Below are positions 12,665 to 25,149 of a stretch of 64,000 nt of DNA, piece by piece. The notes below the pieces were generated by a model. It was not told where the DNA came from. It ran no database searches and saw only the letters and a list, made by a program, of their open reading frames with translations. Position 1 is the first letter of the stretch. The number at the start of each line of letters is the position of its first letter. Origin of the DNA: Octopus vulgaris (Eukaryota); contig OX597834.1 in assembly GCA_951406725.2 (NCBI GenBank), positions 23,002,001 through 23,066,000 of the forward strand. The letters are read 5' to 3'. The position numbers and the translations under genes are program-made.

Positions 12665-13780
12665 TCAGTGATATGGCTTTTCTCTAGTATGAGTACGTTT
12701 ATGACGACTTAATTCACTACTTTCAAAGAATGATTTACTGCAGGCATCACACTGAAATGGTTTCTCTCCTGTATGAATATACTTGTGAGCAGTTAAGCGG
12801 CTGTTTTGAGAGAAGAATGCTCCACAGACATCACAGTGATATGGTTTATCTGCAGTATGAATACGCTTGTGAATCATTAAGTGATGCTTCACAGAAAACG
12901 ATTTCCCACAGATATCGCACTCGTATGGTTTCTCTCCTGTATGAACACGTTTATGTATAGTCAAGACACTAGGTGCAGGGAATGATTTACCACAAATATC
13001 ACAGTGATACGGCTTCTCTCCTGTATGAACACGTTTGTGTATATTTAGGATTCTTGTTGCAGGAAACGACTTACCACAGACATCACAATGATATGGCCTC
13101 TCGCCCGTATGAATATGTTTGTGTCTGGATAAGCTAGAACTCTCAGAGAATGATTTACCACAGATATCACAGTGATATGGCTTTTCACCTGTATGAATAC
13201 GTTTGTGCTTAGTTAGGTTACTATCTTCAGAGAATGATTTACCACAGATATCACAATGATATGGTTTCTCTCCAGTGTGAATGCGTATGTGAGTAGTTAA
13301 GTCACAACTCCGAGGAAATGATTTATCACAGATATCACACTGATATGGCTTATCTTTTGTATGAATGTGTTTGTGAGTAACTAGGCTGCCTTTATGAGCG
13401 AATGATTTACCACAGATATCACATTGATATGGCTTCTCCCCTGTATGAGTACGTATGTGAGTAGTTAAGTTACAACTCTGAGGAAACGATTTACCACAGA
13501 TATCACACTGATATGGCTTATCTTTTGTATGAATGTGTTTGTGACCAATTAGGTGGGCTTTCTGGCAAAATGATTTATCACAGATATCACAGTGATATGG
13601 TTTCTCTCCTGTATGAATGCGTTTGTGAGTAGTTAAGTTACACTTTAGAGAGAATGACTTCTTACAGATATCACACTGATATAATGTTTTTCCTTTCTCT
13701 TTCTGTATATCCTCAGGGAAATCTATAATTTGAGACTCTGCTTCACATTTAATCTTTCTCTCACACAATTTGTCTTCCAT
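12665..13780 (-). CDS. C2H2 zinc-finger protein B (12 fingers)
   Basis: ORF 12665-13906; first ATG 13780 (MEDKL); acceptor AG 14154-14153; donor 14968. Confidence 0.92.
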   Translation of the reverse strand: MEDKLCERKIKCEAESQIIDFPEDIQKEKGKTLYQCDICKKSFSLKCNLTTHKRIHTGEKPYHCDICDKSFCQKAHLIGHKHIHTKDKPYQCDICGKSFPQSCNLTTHIRTHTGEKPYQCDICGKSFAHKGSLVTHKHIHTKDKPYQCDICDKSFPRSCDLTTHIRIHTGEKPYHCDICGKSFSEDSNLTKHKRIHTGEKPYHCDICGKSFSESSSLSRHKHIHTGERPYHCDVCGKSFPATRILNIHKRVHTGEKPYHCDICGKSFPAPSVLTIHKRVHTGEKPYECDICGKSFSVKHHLMIHKRIHTADKPYHCDVCGAFFSQNSRLTAHKYIHTGEKPFQCDACSKSFFESSELSRHKRTHTREKPYH

Positions 13781-14545
13781 CCTTGTTTCTCTCTCGACAC
13801 AGTAAATATAAATGTTATTCTTCACTTTATTTTTATATTTTATTCCTATGTCTGTGGCTATATTTCTATCAACAGTAATTTTCGTCAATATTCGAAGATG
13901 CTGCAAATTCCTTTGTTATTCAGCTTCAATTTCAATATCAAATCATTATAATACAAATTCCAGTCTGTGAATTTGAGAGCATTTTGCATAAAAATTCTGT
14001 TCAGAGCCAATATTTCACAGTAATTCTACCATTGATTTATATAATGGGAGTTTATATCTGTTCTGTATGACATCATTCGTTTGTCTTTAAAAATGGTAAA
14101 TATTGATGGATCTCAGGTAAATAATTCTTTTACGCCAATGTCATCTGATATTCTGAAACAAAAGAGAACCAAATATAAAATATCGAGGATACTTAAACCA
14201 AAGACATTCAATGATGGACATTTTATTACGTTCCTTCTTAATTGATAAACTGTAGATAGAAAAGTTTACTAGGACAATGGAACTCATCCACCTGTTTTTT
14301 TCTGCTAACAAAATATGCATCAATATCTTTAAACCAGTGGAAGCACCAACATTCTATATTTTACCAACATTGAACATCTTTAAAACGCTCTGTTGTCCAA
14401 CACAACAGTAAAACTGTTCTGACAAACACCGAGTGACGACTTGATAATAACTTCTCTGAGATAAATATGAATACAAAAAGAGTTTATGATGGGTGTGGGT
14501 TAATGCATGCTTCTGTACATGCATGTGTATATATATCATCACAAA

Positions 14546-14810
14546 TTTCTTTGTAACTAAACACTTTTAAACTTCGTATACTGGTAGTGTGTTACATAAA
14601 ACATCTTTTTCTCTTGGCTTTCTTGAGAAAATTCTGTAGTTTGTAAGCTATTTCTTGTTAAATTTCTTGCATTTCGGCAATTTCAACCAATCAATGACGT
14701 CTATTGAGGTGAATACAATTTCTGTGGTTGTTTGTCAATGCGGTGTCATATCAGTTTGTCAGTTATTTATGAGAAAAAAGATACCCTTCCCCCCCACCCT
14801 AACCATAACC
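14546..14810. mobile_element. Unclassified interspersed repeat/MITE, second copy at ~44620-44797
   Basis: Shared AAACACTTTTAAACTTCGTATACTGGTAG...GAGAAAATTCTGTAGTTTGTAAGCTATTTCTTG. Confidence 0.6.
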
Positions 14811-14849
14811 ATACCCTGGTTATGACTGAGTAATAAAGTAAACATCAAC

Positions 14850-15140
14850 CAAAATTTCTTCTCTTCTTCACTTTCTTTCTATAATCTTTGAACACATCCA
14901 AACAAACAGATGTAGTAGAAAGAGGACACGACCTATACAATGTTGATGTTGTTTCTATCAATACTTACATATTGATATAGAAGCAATGACGAAGATGTCA
15001 CCATAGATTCAAACTCACACTGGACAACGACAGCTTTAACACAACTTCTATATTTTACAACAAAATTTCATTTAGATTTTTCACATCGACATAATAAATA
15101 TTGCTGTAGCTATTTCTTCTCACAATTAATTAGCAATCAA
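14850..15140 (-). promoter_or_regulatory. ZNF-B putative non-coding exon 1 module
   Basis: Conserved module; donor GTAAGT at 14968-14963. Confidence 0.65.
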
Positions 15141-16879
15141 TTCTAATTAATTGTATCGCGTAATTGCCTGTTGTAAACTAGATCAGATCCAGTAATAAAG
15201 ATGTTTATCCAACAATAGCAGAGAACCAACAGAATTATTTCGCAATTTCTAACAATAAACTGTCATAACAACTATCTCATCTCTAGCTTCGACACAAGTC
15301 TTTATATATATATCCTGGTCTACTTTATATTTTCCATCTAAAAGACGTAGAATTGATCATTCTTCGTCTTCTCTATTAAATACCTTTGGTTACTTTATAT
15401 CTTATTCCGCTTTAAACAAACAAGGCAATCTTTTACTTCAGCTGCGTCAAAATAATGTATCTCACCTGCGATGCTGCTTATAATTTCTCTTATATAATTT
15501 CTTTCCACTTTAAATATGTATAAGAAAGAAAGGCATGGAACAATCAATAGCAGAATATCAGTAAATGGCGGGTATGACGACAGAATTTGGTAGAATTGGG
15601 AATATATAGAAATACCGTGGTTTACTTGAAATACTGAAACGAATTTTATAATTTTTTTTTTTTTTGATTACTTCAATGAAAAAAAGTACTTTCGTTATAA
15701 AAGCATGTGTTTTGCAATGAGAGAAAAGAAACATTTAAACAATTAATTATTATTTAATTAGAAACATTAGTAAAGGAACAACATATATATACACTGGTTT
15801 TAATATGTACAACGCCAGCGATACATTCATTTTAAAAAACTTTTAATGACAATTGAGATAAACTCTAAGGCGGCGGCAAGCTGGCAGAAAGTATAGCCTC
15901 CGAGTGAAATGCTTAGTGGCATTTTGTTTATATTTACGTTCTGAGTTCAAAGAAGAAATCTCCCTATTCACTTAATTACAAGATTTAAAGTGTAAATTAA
16001 TGAGATACAAAGACGTGTGTCAACAAACAATATGGATTTACTAAATTCGATTTCGTTTCGGTATTTCAAGCAAACAATATATTTTTTGCATCCACATATT
16101 TTTTAATATTTTATCCCATTCATTGCGACTCTGTGTTCGTGTCAGCATGTAAAAACTACAGACACAGATTACGCAACCTATTCTCAAAATATTAATAACT
16201 CCCCCCCCCCCACTGCCTTCATAGACATTCCCTCTTGTTTACCTTCACAACCACTAAATCTTTAACCACCAAAATATTCCCTATAACTCCTTATTTCTTA
16301 TTTATATCTATTTTTATCTTTCTTTACCATTTATACCCTGAAATTTCTCTTAATTCGTCCTCCTCCACACCCATCCTCGCCCTATTTGTAAACTGTATGT
16401 ATGTATCAAAACAGGAGATAAGAGATTGGAAGATATCTCCAATTACAAACGCTTCCGAGAAAGAATCAATACAAAATCAAGAGGACACGGGTTCAATTAT
16501 GACTCCATGTCATATATATATATGTATGTGTACGTATCTAAATGATCTATCTAAAATTGAAGATCGTCTTAATTACCATAATCGTTTTTACGTCAAGTGA
16601 ACATAATTACAACACACCAATGCAAGGATGGTACTAATTATTTAAGCGGTGTAAAGAAATAATAGGTACCTTCCACACAGTGGCCAGTGTTAGTATCATT
16701 TCTGTTAAAAACGCAAAACCTGAAATATTAGGGAATGTCATTGTTCCTTCATATCGACTCCGGCACTTTACTGGAACTCGATTTTATCTATTCAGAAAGA
16801 AAGACAAAACTGATGTTTTTTTGATTTGAAGAGACGGAAGTAATATTGCGGAGATTCCATCAACTGAACAAATTTATTA

Positions 16880-17272
16880 AATATAGAGGTTAATTACTGA
16901 ATGATTGCTAATTAACTGCGGAAAGAAACAGCTACAGCAATCTTTATTATGCTGGTGTGGAAATATAAAGAAAGGTTTATTGTATAATGTAATTGTCCAG
17001 TCTGAGTTGCGACAACTTGAATATATTGTGACATCTCCGTCATTGGCTCTGTATTAATATGTAAGTATTATTAATAGAAACAACACCTACATTGTATAAA
17101 TTCTGTCATTTTCCTACTGCACCTGTTTGTTTTGATGTGTTCAAAGAAAGTGAAGAAATTTTCCTAAAGTAACGATGTTGTCTTAATCCCCATACGGGTC
17201 GGCTGTCATATACGTAATAGAAGTGAGTTGAAAAACTTGCTTTAGCTGACATTACTTACTGTTGTTTTAATA
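16880..17272 (+). promoter_or_regulatory. ZNF-C (possibly C and D) putative non-coding exon 1 module
   Basis: GTGACATCTCCGTCATTGGCTCTGTATTAATAT|GTAAGT, donor at 17061. Confidence 0.65.
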
Positions 17273-17274
17273 CG

Positions 17275-17810
17275 TCTGGCATTTCGACAATGCTTATTTG
17301 TGGGGACCTCCAGACAGGGTTCATGCTATTGCAAACATGATGGTTGGGGTGCTTGGTCGCTGGTGTTTCCAAGTAAACAGCTCCAAATGTGAGTTCTGGA
17401 TCCTCAACCACCCAGCTTCTCAACATCAACCAACTATTGACCTTTTTGTAGAGTCCTTCCCTTCCATTTCAGCTCCTCCCCATCAGCTTGATGCTCTCTA
17501 GGAGCCCCAATCACTGGCTACCTTTGAGCAATTGCTGAAAAATATTGAAGCAATCGAACCCCATCAAGGTTATTTCATACTTAGGAATTACCTCTTAATC
17601 CCTAAGCTTCAATATTTACTCAGGGTCAGCTCATCTTACCGATTCCCATCATGCCTCCAATGCTTCGACAACCTAATCTTTGAGAACCTCGAATGCTTAG
17701 TCAATTTCAGACTCTCTCCAATGTCCCGCAAACGGGTTGCATTGCCTATGTGATATGGAAGACTTGGTCTTTGTAAGTGCTTGTCCCTCTCTCTCCCCTG
17801 CTTCCTCACA
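17275..17810 (+). mobile_element. CRE-like (RLE-type) non-LTR retrotransposon RT fragment in ZNF-C intron
   Basis: WHFDNAYLWGPP (WYLDD-like), VNSSKCE, LGAPI, PKLQYLLR, ALPM*YGRLGL. Confidence 0.65.
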
Positions 17811-18457
17811 CAGTGCCTAACAGAACAGTGTTACTGTTGTGTTGGACAACAGGAGACTGTGGAGATGTTGAAATTTGGTAAAATATAAACAGTTAGCATT
17901 TCCACCAGCTCAAAGATATTGATGCATGTTTTGTTAGCAAGAAAAAATTGATGGATAAGGTCCATTGTCCTGGTAAAGGTTTATGTCAACAATTTTTCAC
18001 TATAGAAGAAATGTTGTAAAATGTCCATCGTTGAATGTCTTTCATTTAAGTATCCTCGATATTTTATATTTGGCTCTCTTTTGTTTCAGAATATGAGATG
18101 ACATTGGCATAAATGAAATATTTACCTGAGATCCATCAATATTTATCATCTTTTAAAGCCAAACAGATCATACAGAACAGATATAACCATTCATTATCTA
18201 AATCTGTGGTATAATTACTGTGAAATATTGGCTCTGAACAGAATTTTTATACAAAATGCTCTCAAATTCACAGACTGGAATTTGTATTATAATGATTTGA
18301 TATTGAAATTGAAGCTGAATTACAACGGAATTTGCAGCATCTTCGAATATTGACAAAAATCACAGTTGATAGAAATATAGCCAAAGAAATTGGAATAAAA
18401 TATAAAAATAAAGTGAAGAAGAACTTTTATATTTATTGTGGCAAGAGAGAAACAAGA

Positions 18458-19390
18458 ATGGAAGACAAATTGTGTGAGGAAAAGATTAAATGTGAAACAG
18501 AGTCTCAAGTTATTGATTTCCCTGAGGATATACAGAAAGAGAAAGGAATAACATTATACTACTGTGATATCTGTAATAAATCATTGTCTCAAAAGTGTGG
18601 CTTAACTCACAAACTCATTCATACAAGAGGGAAACCATGTAATTCTGACGTCTCTGGCAAATCACTCTCTCATAAAAGCAGCCTCATTAGTCATAAACAC
18701 ATTCATACAAAGGATAAACCATACCACTGTGATATCTGTGATAAGTCATTCTCTGAAAATGGCAACCTAACTAAACACAAACGTATTCATACAGGAGAAA
18801 AACCATATCACTGTGATATATGTGGTAAATCATTCTCAGACAGTTCTAGCTTATCCAGACACAAACATATTCATACACGTGAGAGGCCATATCATTGTGA
18901 TATCTGTGGTAAATCATTCCCTGCACCAAGAATCTTAACTATTCACACACGTGTTCATACAGGAGAGAAACCATATCACTGTGATATCTGTTGTAAATCA
19001 TTCCCCTCACCAAGTATCTTAGCTAAACACAAACGTGTTCACACAGGAGAGAAACCATACGAGTGCAATATCTGTGGTAAATCATTTTCTGTGAAGCATC
19101 ATTTAATGATTCATGTACGTATTCACACTGGGTATAAACCACATCGCTGTGATGTCTGTGGAAAATTCTTCTCCCAAAACAGTCACTTAACTGCTCACAA
19201 ACGTATTCATACAGGAGAGAAACCATTTCGATGTGATATCTGCAGTAAATCATTCCTTGAAAGTAGTGAATTAACTCGTCATAAACGTACTCATACAGGA
19301 GAGAAGCCATATCTCTGCGACATATGTGGAAAATCATTCTCTCAAAAAGGTTACTTAACTAAACACTTGGGTATTCATAAACAACAGTAA
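18458..19390 (+). CDS. C2H2 zinc-finger protein C (8 intact + 2 degenerate N-terminal fingers)
   Basis: ORF 18332-19390; first ATG 18458; acceptor AG 18088-18089. Confidence 0.9.
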   Translation: MEDKLCEEKIKCETESQVIDFPEDIQKEKGITLYYCDICNKSLSQKCGLTHKLIHTRGKPCNSDVSGKSLSHKSSLISHKHIHTKDKPYHCDICDKSFSENGNLTKHKRIHTGEKPYHCDICGKSFSDSSSLSRHKHIHTRERPYHCDICGKSFPAPRILTIHTRVHTGEKPYHCDICCKSFPSPSILAKHKRVHTGEKPYECNICGKSFSVKHHLMIHVRIHTGYKPHRCDVCGKFFSQNSHLTAHKRIHTGEKPFRCDICSKSFLESSELTRHKRTHTGEKPYLCDICGKSFSQKGYLTKHLGIHKQQ

Positions 19391-20575
19391 CGAGCTCATT
19401 ATCAGAATGGAGTTGGTGATAAATGCAGTACATGATGTAGATTATTTTGTCATGATGATCAAATGAATTTTTCCCACTTTTCCAGTTTCTTCAGTGAATA
19501 ATTTTCTGAATACTTCCTAATATTCAGAAAACTTAGTGTAGAAACAAACAAGAAAAGACAAATTCACTCATCAAAAAATTGAAAACTACACTTTTACTGC
19601 ATTGTGTGAAAATCTGAGATGGTGGGTTTCAAAATTCCTTTTTTTGTCCTTGGTTGGAATCACCCATTAGTTATTCCTTATGCATCTTGCAATGCACTCC
19701 ACACATACACACCTATATGTGTGTATTTATATCTTGGTGTTCGTGTTCAATTCACCAATTGCTGTCAAAACATCCAAACCATGCTTCTATGAAAGAGAGC
19801 TGATAAGTGATGATGATGATGGTGATGATATATATACACACATATGCATGTACAGAAGCATGCATTAACCCACACCCATCATAAACTCTTTTTGTATTCA
19901 TATTTATCTCAGAGAAGAAGTCACTATCAAGTCCTCACTCGGTATTTGTCAGAACAGTTTTACTGCTGTGTTGGACAACAGAGCATTTTAGAGATGTTCA
20001 ATGTTGGTAAAATATAGAATGTTGGTGCTTCCACTGGTTTAAAGATATTGATGCATATTTTGTTAGCAGAAAAAAAAAACAGGTGGATGACTTCCATTAT
20101 CCTGGTAAAAGTTTCTATCTACAGTTTATCAATTTAGAAGGAATGTAATAAAATGTCTTTCATTTAAGTATCCTTGATATTTGATATTTGGTTCTCTTTT
20201 GTTTCAGAATATCAGATGACACTGCCATAAAAGAAATATTTACCGGAGATCCATCAATATTTATCATCTTTTAAAGCCAAACAGATCATACAGAACAGAT
20301 ATAACCATTTATTATCTAAATCTGTGGTAGAATTACTGTGAAATATTGGCTCTGAACAGAATTTTAATACAAAATGCTCTCAAATTCACAGACTGGAATT
20401 TGTATTATAATGATTTGATATTGAAATTGAAGCTGAATTACAAAGGAATTTGCAGCATCTTTGAATATTGACAAAAATCACAGTTGATAGAAATATATCC
20501 GAAGAAATTGGAATAAAATATAAAAATAAAGTGAAGGAGAACTTTTATATTTATTGTAGCGAGAGAGAAACAAGA

Positions 20576-21760
20576 ATGGAAGACAAATTGTGTGAGAAAA
20601 AGATTAAATGTGAAACAGAGTCTCAAGTTATTGATTTCCCTGAGGATATACAGAAAAAGAAAGGAAAAACATACCACTGTGATATCTGTAATAAATTATT
20701 CTCTCATAAACATACATTAACTACACACAGAGGCATTCACACAGGAGAGAAAAAATATCAGTGTGATATCTGTGGTAAATCATTTAATCAAAATCAGAAC
20801 TTAACTATTCACATACGCATTCATACAGGAGAGAAACCATATCAATGTGATATCTGTGATAAATCATTTTGTCGAAAAGGCGATCTAATAAGTCATAAAC
20901 TCATTCATACAGGAGAGAAACCATATCAGTGTGATATCTGTGGTAAATCATTTCGTCGGAATTGTGACTTAACTGCTCACAAACACATTCATACAGGAGA
21001 AAAGCCGTATCACTGTGATATCTGTGGTAAATCATTCTCTCAAAAAAGTAGCCTAGCTAATCACAAACGCATTCATACGGGTGAGAAACCATATCAGTGC
21101 GACATCTGTGATAAACCATTTGCTAAAAATGATGATCTAAGCAGGCACAAACGTATTCATACGGGAGAAAAACCATATCACTGTGATATCTGTGGTAGAT
21201 TATTCTCTGATTGTTCTGTCTTAGCTACACACAAACATATTCATACAAAGGAGAGGCCATATCATTGTGACATCTGTGGAAAATCGTTTCCTGCACCAAC
21301 AATTTTAAATAGACACAGACGTTCTCATACAAGAGAGAAGTTGTATCACTGTGATATCTGTAGTAAATCATTCCCTGCACCTAGCTTCTTAACTATACAT
21401 AAACGTATTCACACAGGAGAGAAACCATATGAGTGCGATGTGTGTGGTAAGGCATTCTCTGTGAAGCATCACTTAACTACACATACACGTATTCATACTG
21501 GAGATAAACCACATCACTGTGATGTCTGTGGAAAATTCTTTGCTCAAAACAGTCACTTAACTGCTCACAAACATATTCATACAGGAGAGAAACCATTTCA
21601 GTGTGATATCTGCAGTAAATCATTTCTTCAAAATAGTGAATTAACTATTCATAAACGTTCTCATACAGGAGAGAAGCCATATCTCTGTGACATATGTGGA
21701 AAATCATTCTTTCAAAAAGGCTGTTTAACTAAACACTTAGGTATTCACACACCACAGTAA
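20576..21760 (+). CDS. C2H2 zinc-finger protein D (13 fingers)
   Basis: ORF 20468-21760; first ATG 20576; acceptor AG 20206-20207; AATAAA 21994-21999. Confidence 0.92.
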   Translation: MEDKLCEKKIKCETESQVIDFPEDIQKKKGKTYHCDICNKLFSHKHTLTTHRGIHTGEKKYQCDICGKSFNQNQNLTIHIRIHTGEKPYQCDICDKSFCRKGDLISHKLIHTGEKPYQCDICGKSFRRNCDLTAHKHIHTGEKPYHCDICGKSFSQKSSLANHKRIHTGEKPYQCDICDKPFAKNDDLSRHKRIHTGEKPYHCDICGRLFSDCSVLATHKHIHTKERPYHCDICGKSFPAPTILNRHRRSHTREKLYHCDICSKSFPAPSFLTIHKRIHTGEKPYECDVCGKAFSVKHHLTTHTRIHTGDKPHHCDVCGKFFAQNSHLTAHKHIHTGEKPFQCDICSKSFLQNSELTIHKRSHTGEKPYLCDICGKSFFQKGCLTKHLGIHTPQ

Positions 21761-23669
21761 CAAACTCATTATCAGAATAGAGTTTGTGATAAATGCTGTA
21801 GAATATTTTTTCATGATGATCAAATGAATTTCTCCCACTTTTTCAGTTTCTTCAGTGAATAATTTTCTGAATACTTCCTAATATTCAGAAAACTTACTGT
21901 AGAAACAAACAAGAAAAGACAAATTCACTCATCAAAAAATTGAAAACTACACACTTACTGCATTGTGTGTACCAAAACCATCGAAATTCACTGAATAAAA
22001 AATTATGTAGGATACAACCAAAAATATATTCTCCTTTCCAAGAAGCTATCACATTATATTTTGTATAGTTACATAAATATATCTTTAGTGTGAAGTAACT
22101 TTCCTCTGTGATATGTTTGATAAAGCTTTCTTTCTCCATATATATATATATATATATATCATCATCATCATCATCGTTTAACGTCCGCTTTCCATACTAG
22201 CATGAGTTGGACGGTTCGGGTGGGGTCTGGGAAGCCAGAAGGCTGCACCAGGCCCAGTCTGATCTGGCAGTGTTTCTACAGCTGGATGCCCTTCTCCAAC
22301 TGACTTATTTTCAGAAGAGAGAAAGCACACACTTTATTTATTTAACATTATGAGTAAATTACTGAGACACGTATTCTCTTCAATCTTGTTATAACATCAC
22401 TTAAAATGTTAGAAATCATAGACTGGTGTCATCATCACCATCATCATCATTTGATATCTCGTTTCCAAGCTACCTTGAATTCTGCACTCTTTGAAACTCC
22501 AACTGTTTCTACATTTGATTTTACAGTCTCTGAAGATGTTTCAAGGATCCTTCTTGCTCATTTAGACACTGTAATCATGGCTGGCAATTCATTCTAACAC
22601 CAATCACTTTACACAGTGACCTGGGACAGTAAATGGACACTTAACAAAGTTCCAAAATACAGATATACAGCATAGTCTCCATGTCTGGCAACAGATTAAC
22701 ATCCATTTTGCCCTCCTAGCATCCATGCATGTATCTTCTCTAGCTCTGTATGTTACCAACCGTGTGGTTCACAATCTGATAGCTTTAGCTTCTGGACATT
22801 TCTCTCCATATGTTACGTATTCTGCATCTTCTATACATTGTTTCATGTATCTTACATATATCCTGGTTTAAATGTTATTATGGATGTATCCCACCAAGGG
22901 ACTAATTCTGATGTTGTTTTGATTTCTACAGTTTTATCATTTCTTTTATTTCTAGTATGATTCCTTCATGACTTGAGGGTTAAACTGAATGTTTATTTGC
23001 AAGTATGAATGTAACCTTAAACTTGATATAAATGCAAAATGAATGACGTAATTTGGGAATCATCATCATAGTCATCAGTGTTTTATTGTCCATTCTACAT
23101 GATGGTATGGGTTTGATATGTCTGTTACACAAGATATCAGCGCATTTTCTCAATTATGAGGCCCAGGATCTTGAATTCTGACCTCATCATTCTTTGTAAA
23201 TATTCTTAATTACCTGAAATTGAAATAAATGTGGTTTTGCTCTTCAATTATTCTCCTGTTATTCTAAATGTAGAACATTTAACCAAAACTTGTCCTGACA
23301 CAACCATAAACTACAGAATTCACAGACTTGATCAATGTCTGATAAAAGTTACACATTTTCCAAACTGATCTTCAAAGATGTTTACTTTGTATTTATATAA
23401 TTTGTTGACATTATTTGATAGTAAATATTAGATATTATAGGTTATGATGAAGTGAATGAGAGATGAACGATAAGATAACTTTATACATTAAATGCTAAAG
23501 ATGGTGGTTATGTAATTAAGATGTGATGTAACCAATAGGTTGATGGTAGCCAAGCAAGAGGCAGTCTAAAGAAAATAATCATAGCGAACCACGGCATTAC
23601 TGGTACTTCATTAGCCCCTAAGTAAATAAAAGGATCAGCAGGCCCTGGTAGGAATCGAAATCACAAAGT

Positions 23670-24392
23670 AGATGGACAAAACTAAATACTGCCAACAATT
23701 AAATCAAGAATTCCAGTATTTCTAGCAAATCGTTGGATTACAAATGACAAGCATTAATTAATAAATATTAATTACTAACATTGGCTCAAGGCCACACATT
23801 TTGGTGAAGTTCTGGATGGATTCAATCTACAACAAACGAAGTAGTACGAAAGATAAAGACCAATGTAGTGGGATTTGAACTGAGAACATAAATGGATGTA
23901 ACTTAATACCAAATATGCTATCTACCACCCATAAATGGTAGAGAGCAGTGTTAATGTAGCTTCTTTGGTAACAAAACAAGACTTTGGTCTTGTTGATGGA
24001 AATATACCAGTAATACTTTCCAGTTGTCAGGAACACAATTTATAATTAATGGACATAAGGACAAAAACTTCACTGCTAATTTACTTGTGTAGATGTAACA
24101 TTCTCAGGAAATTCTTACTATTTAATACAAGACATTGCAATCACATCTGGATGAATGACTCTCTACTGTTATGTTAGATATGACGACAGTCTCAGTGATA
24201 GACCAGTTGGTGTTATAAAGTCTCCCTTCCATATTCTTCAAAGTTAATGGCAGCTCTGTTCTCCTTCACTTAAGAATAGTGTTTGAGTTTGTAATGAAGT
24301 TTCACTCTGGTCATGTTGTTCTAAATATACCGCTAATACTTTCCAGACGTCAGAAATACAAACTGTTTATAATTAATGGACATAAGGACATC
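23670..24392. repeat. Direct segmental duplicate of ~52467-53190
   Basis: Near-identical ATTACTAACATTGGCTCAAGGCCACACATTTTGG...; matching spurious ORFs 23827-24036 and 52624-52857. Confidence 0.9.
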
Positions 24393-25149
24393 TTCACTGC
24401 TGCTAATTCAGTTGATGTAAGTGGAATGTTGAGTATATTCTCCGCAAGTCTTATTATTTACTGCCAGATATTCCAGTCACGTCAGCATCACTGATCTTAC
24501 TATACTACATCACTTGTTGCTCATCTTCTGCACAGTATGTCACCACATGTCACAATCCTTTGTAAGGTTCACCTTCTTGAGATCAATCTTTGTTCCTTCA
24601 TCCTATGTCTATCTTGGACTCTCTCTTCCACAGGTTCCATTCATCAAGCCAAGTGCACCCCTGGTGGTACGTAAAGAACATCTTTTGAATGTTGGACCCC
24701 ACAGGCAAAATGGCTGAGTTCCTCTCAAGTGTTGAACCACACAGAGTCAACGACCAAGATGTTTGGCATTACGTTGTGTTTGAGAAGACCCATCAAGCCA
24801 AGCAAAGTCACAGTCTTGGCAGATACCGATGTCATTATAATTGGCACCTGTGCCAGTGGCACGTAAAATCACCCATTACATTCTCGGAGTTGTTGGTGTT
24901 AGGAAGGGCATCCGGCCATAGAAGACCATTCCAAATCAGACTGGAGTCTGGTGCAACCACCCAGCGTGCCAGCCCAGTCAAACTGTCCAACCCATGCCAG
25001 CACTCTGAGGGAAAGGCCCTTTCTTACCGTCAAAGGGAGGAGCTCCCTGATTTTTATCCAGCCTGTTCTTATTCTAGCAACTATGCTTATCAGACCATCT
25101 TCCTCCACCGCTAACATTTTTATATATATTTTTGTTAATTACCTTTATT

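Noticed and set aside
17130-17255. Conserved intron start as a possible box C/D snoRNA (TTGATGT...CTGA)
   Set aside because: Box C is imperfect, and the segment is truncated in B and H and split by a SINE in G.
18332-18457. Non-AUG N-terminal extension (LQHLRILTKITVDRNI...) open in B, C and D
   Set aside because: In A a 2-bp loss in the GAGAGA run shifts this frame; in C a TGA at 18293-18295 closes it and there is no ATG. Best read as 5'UTR of recent duplicates.
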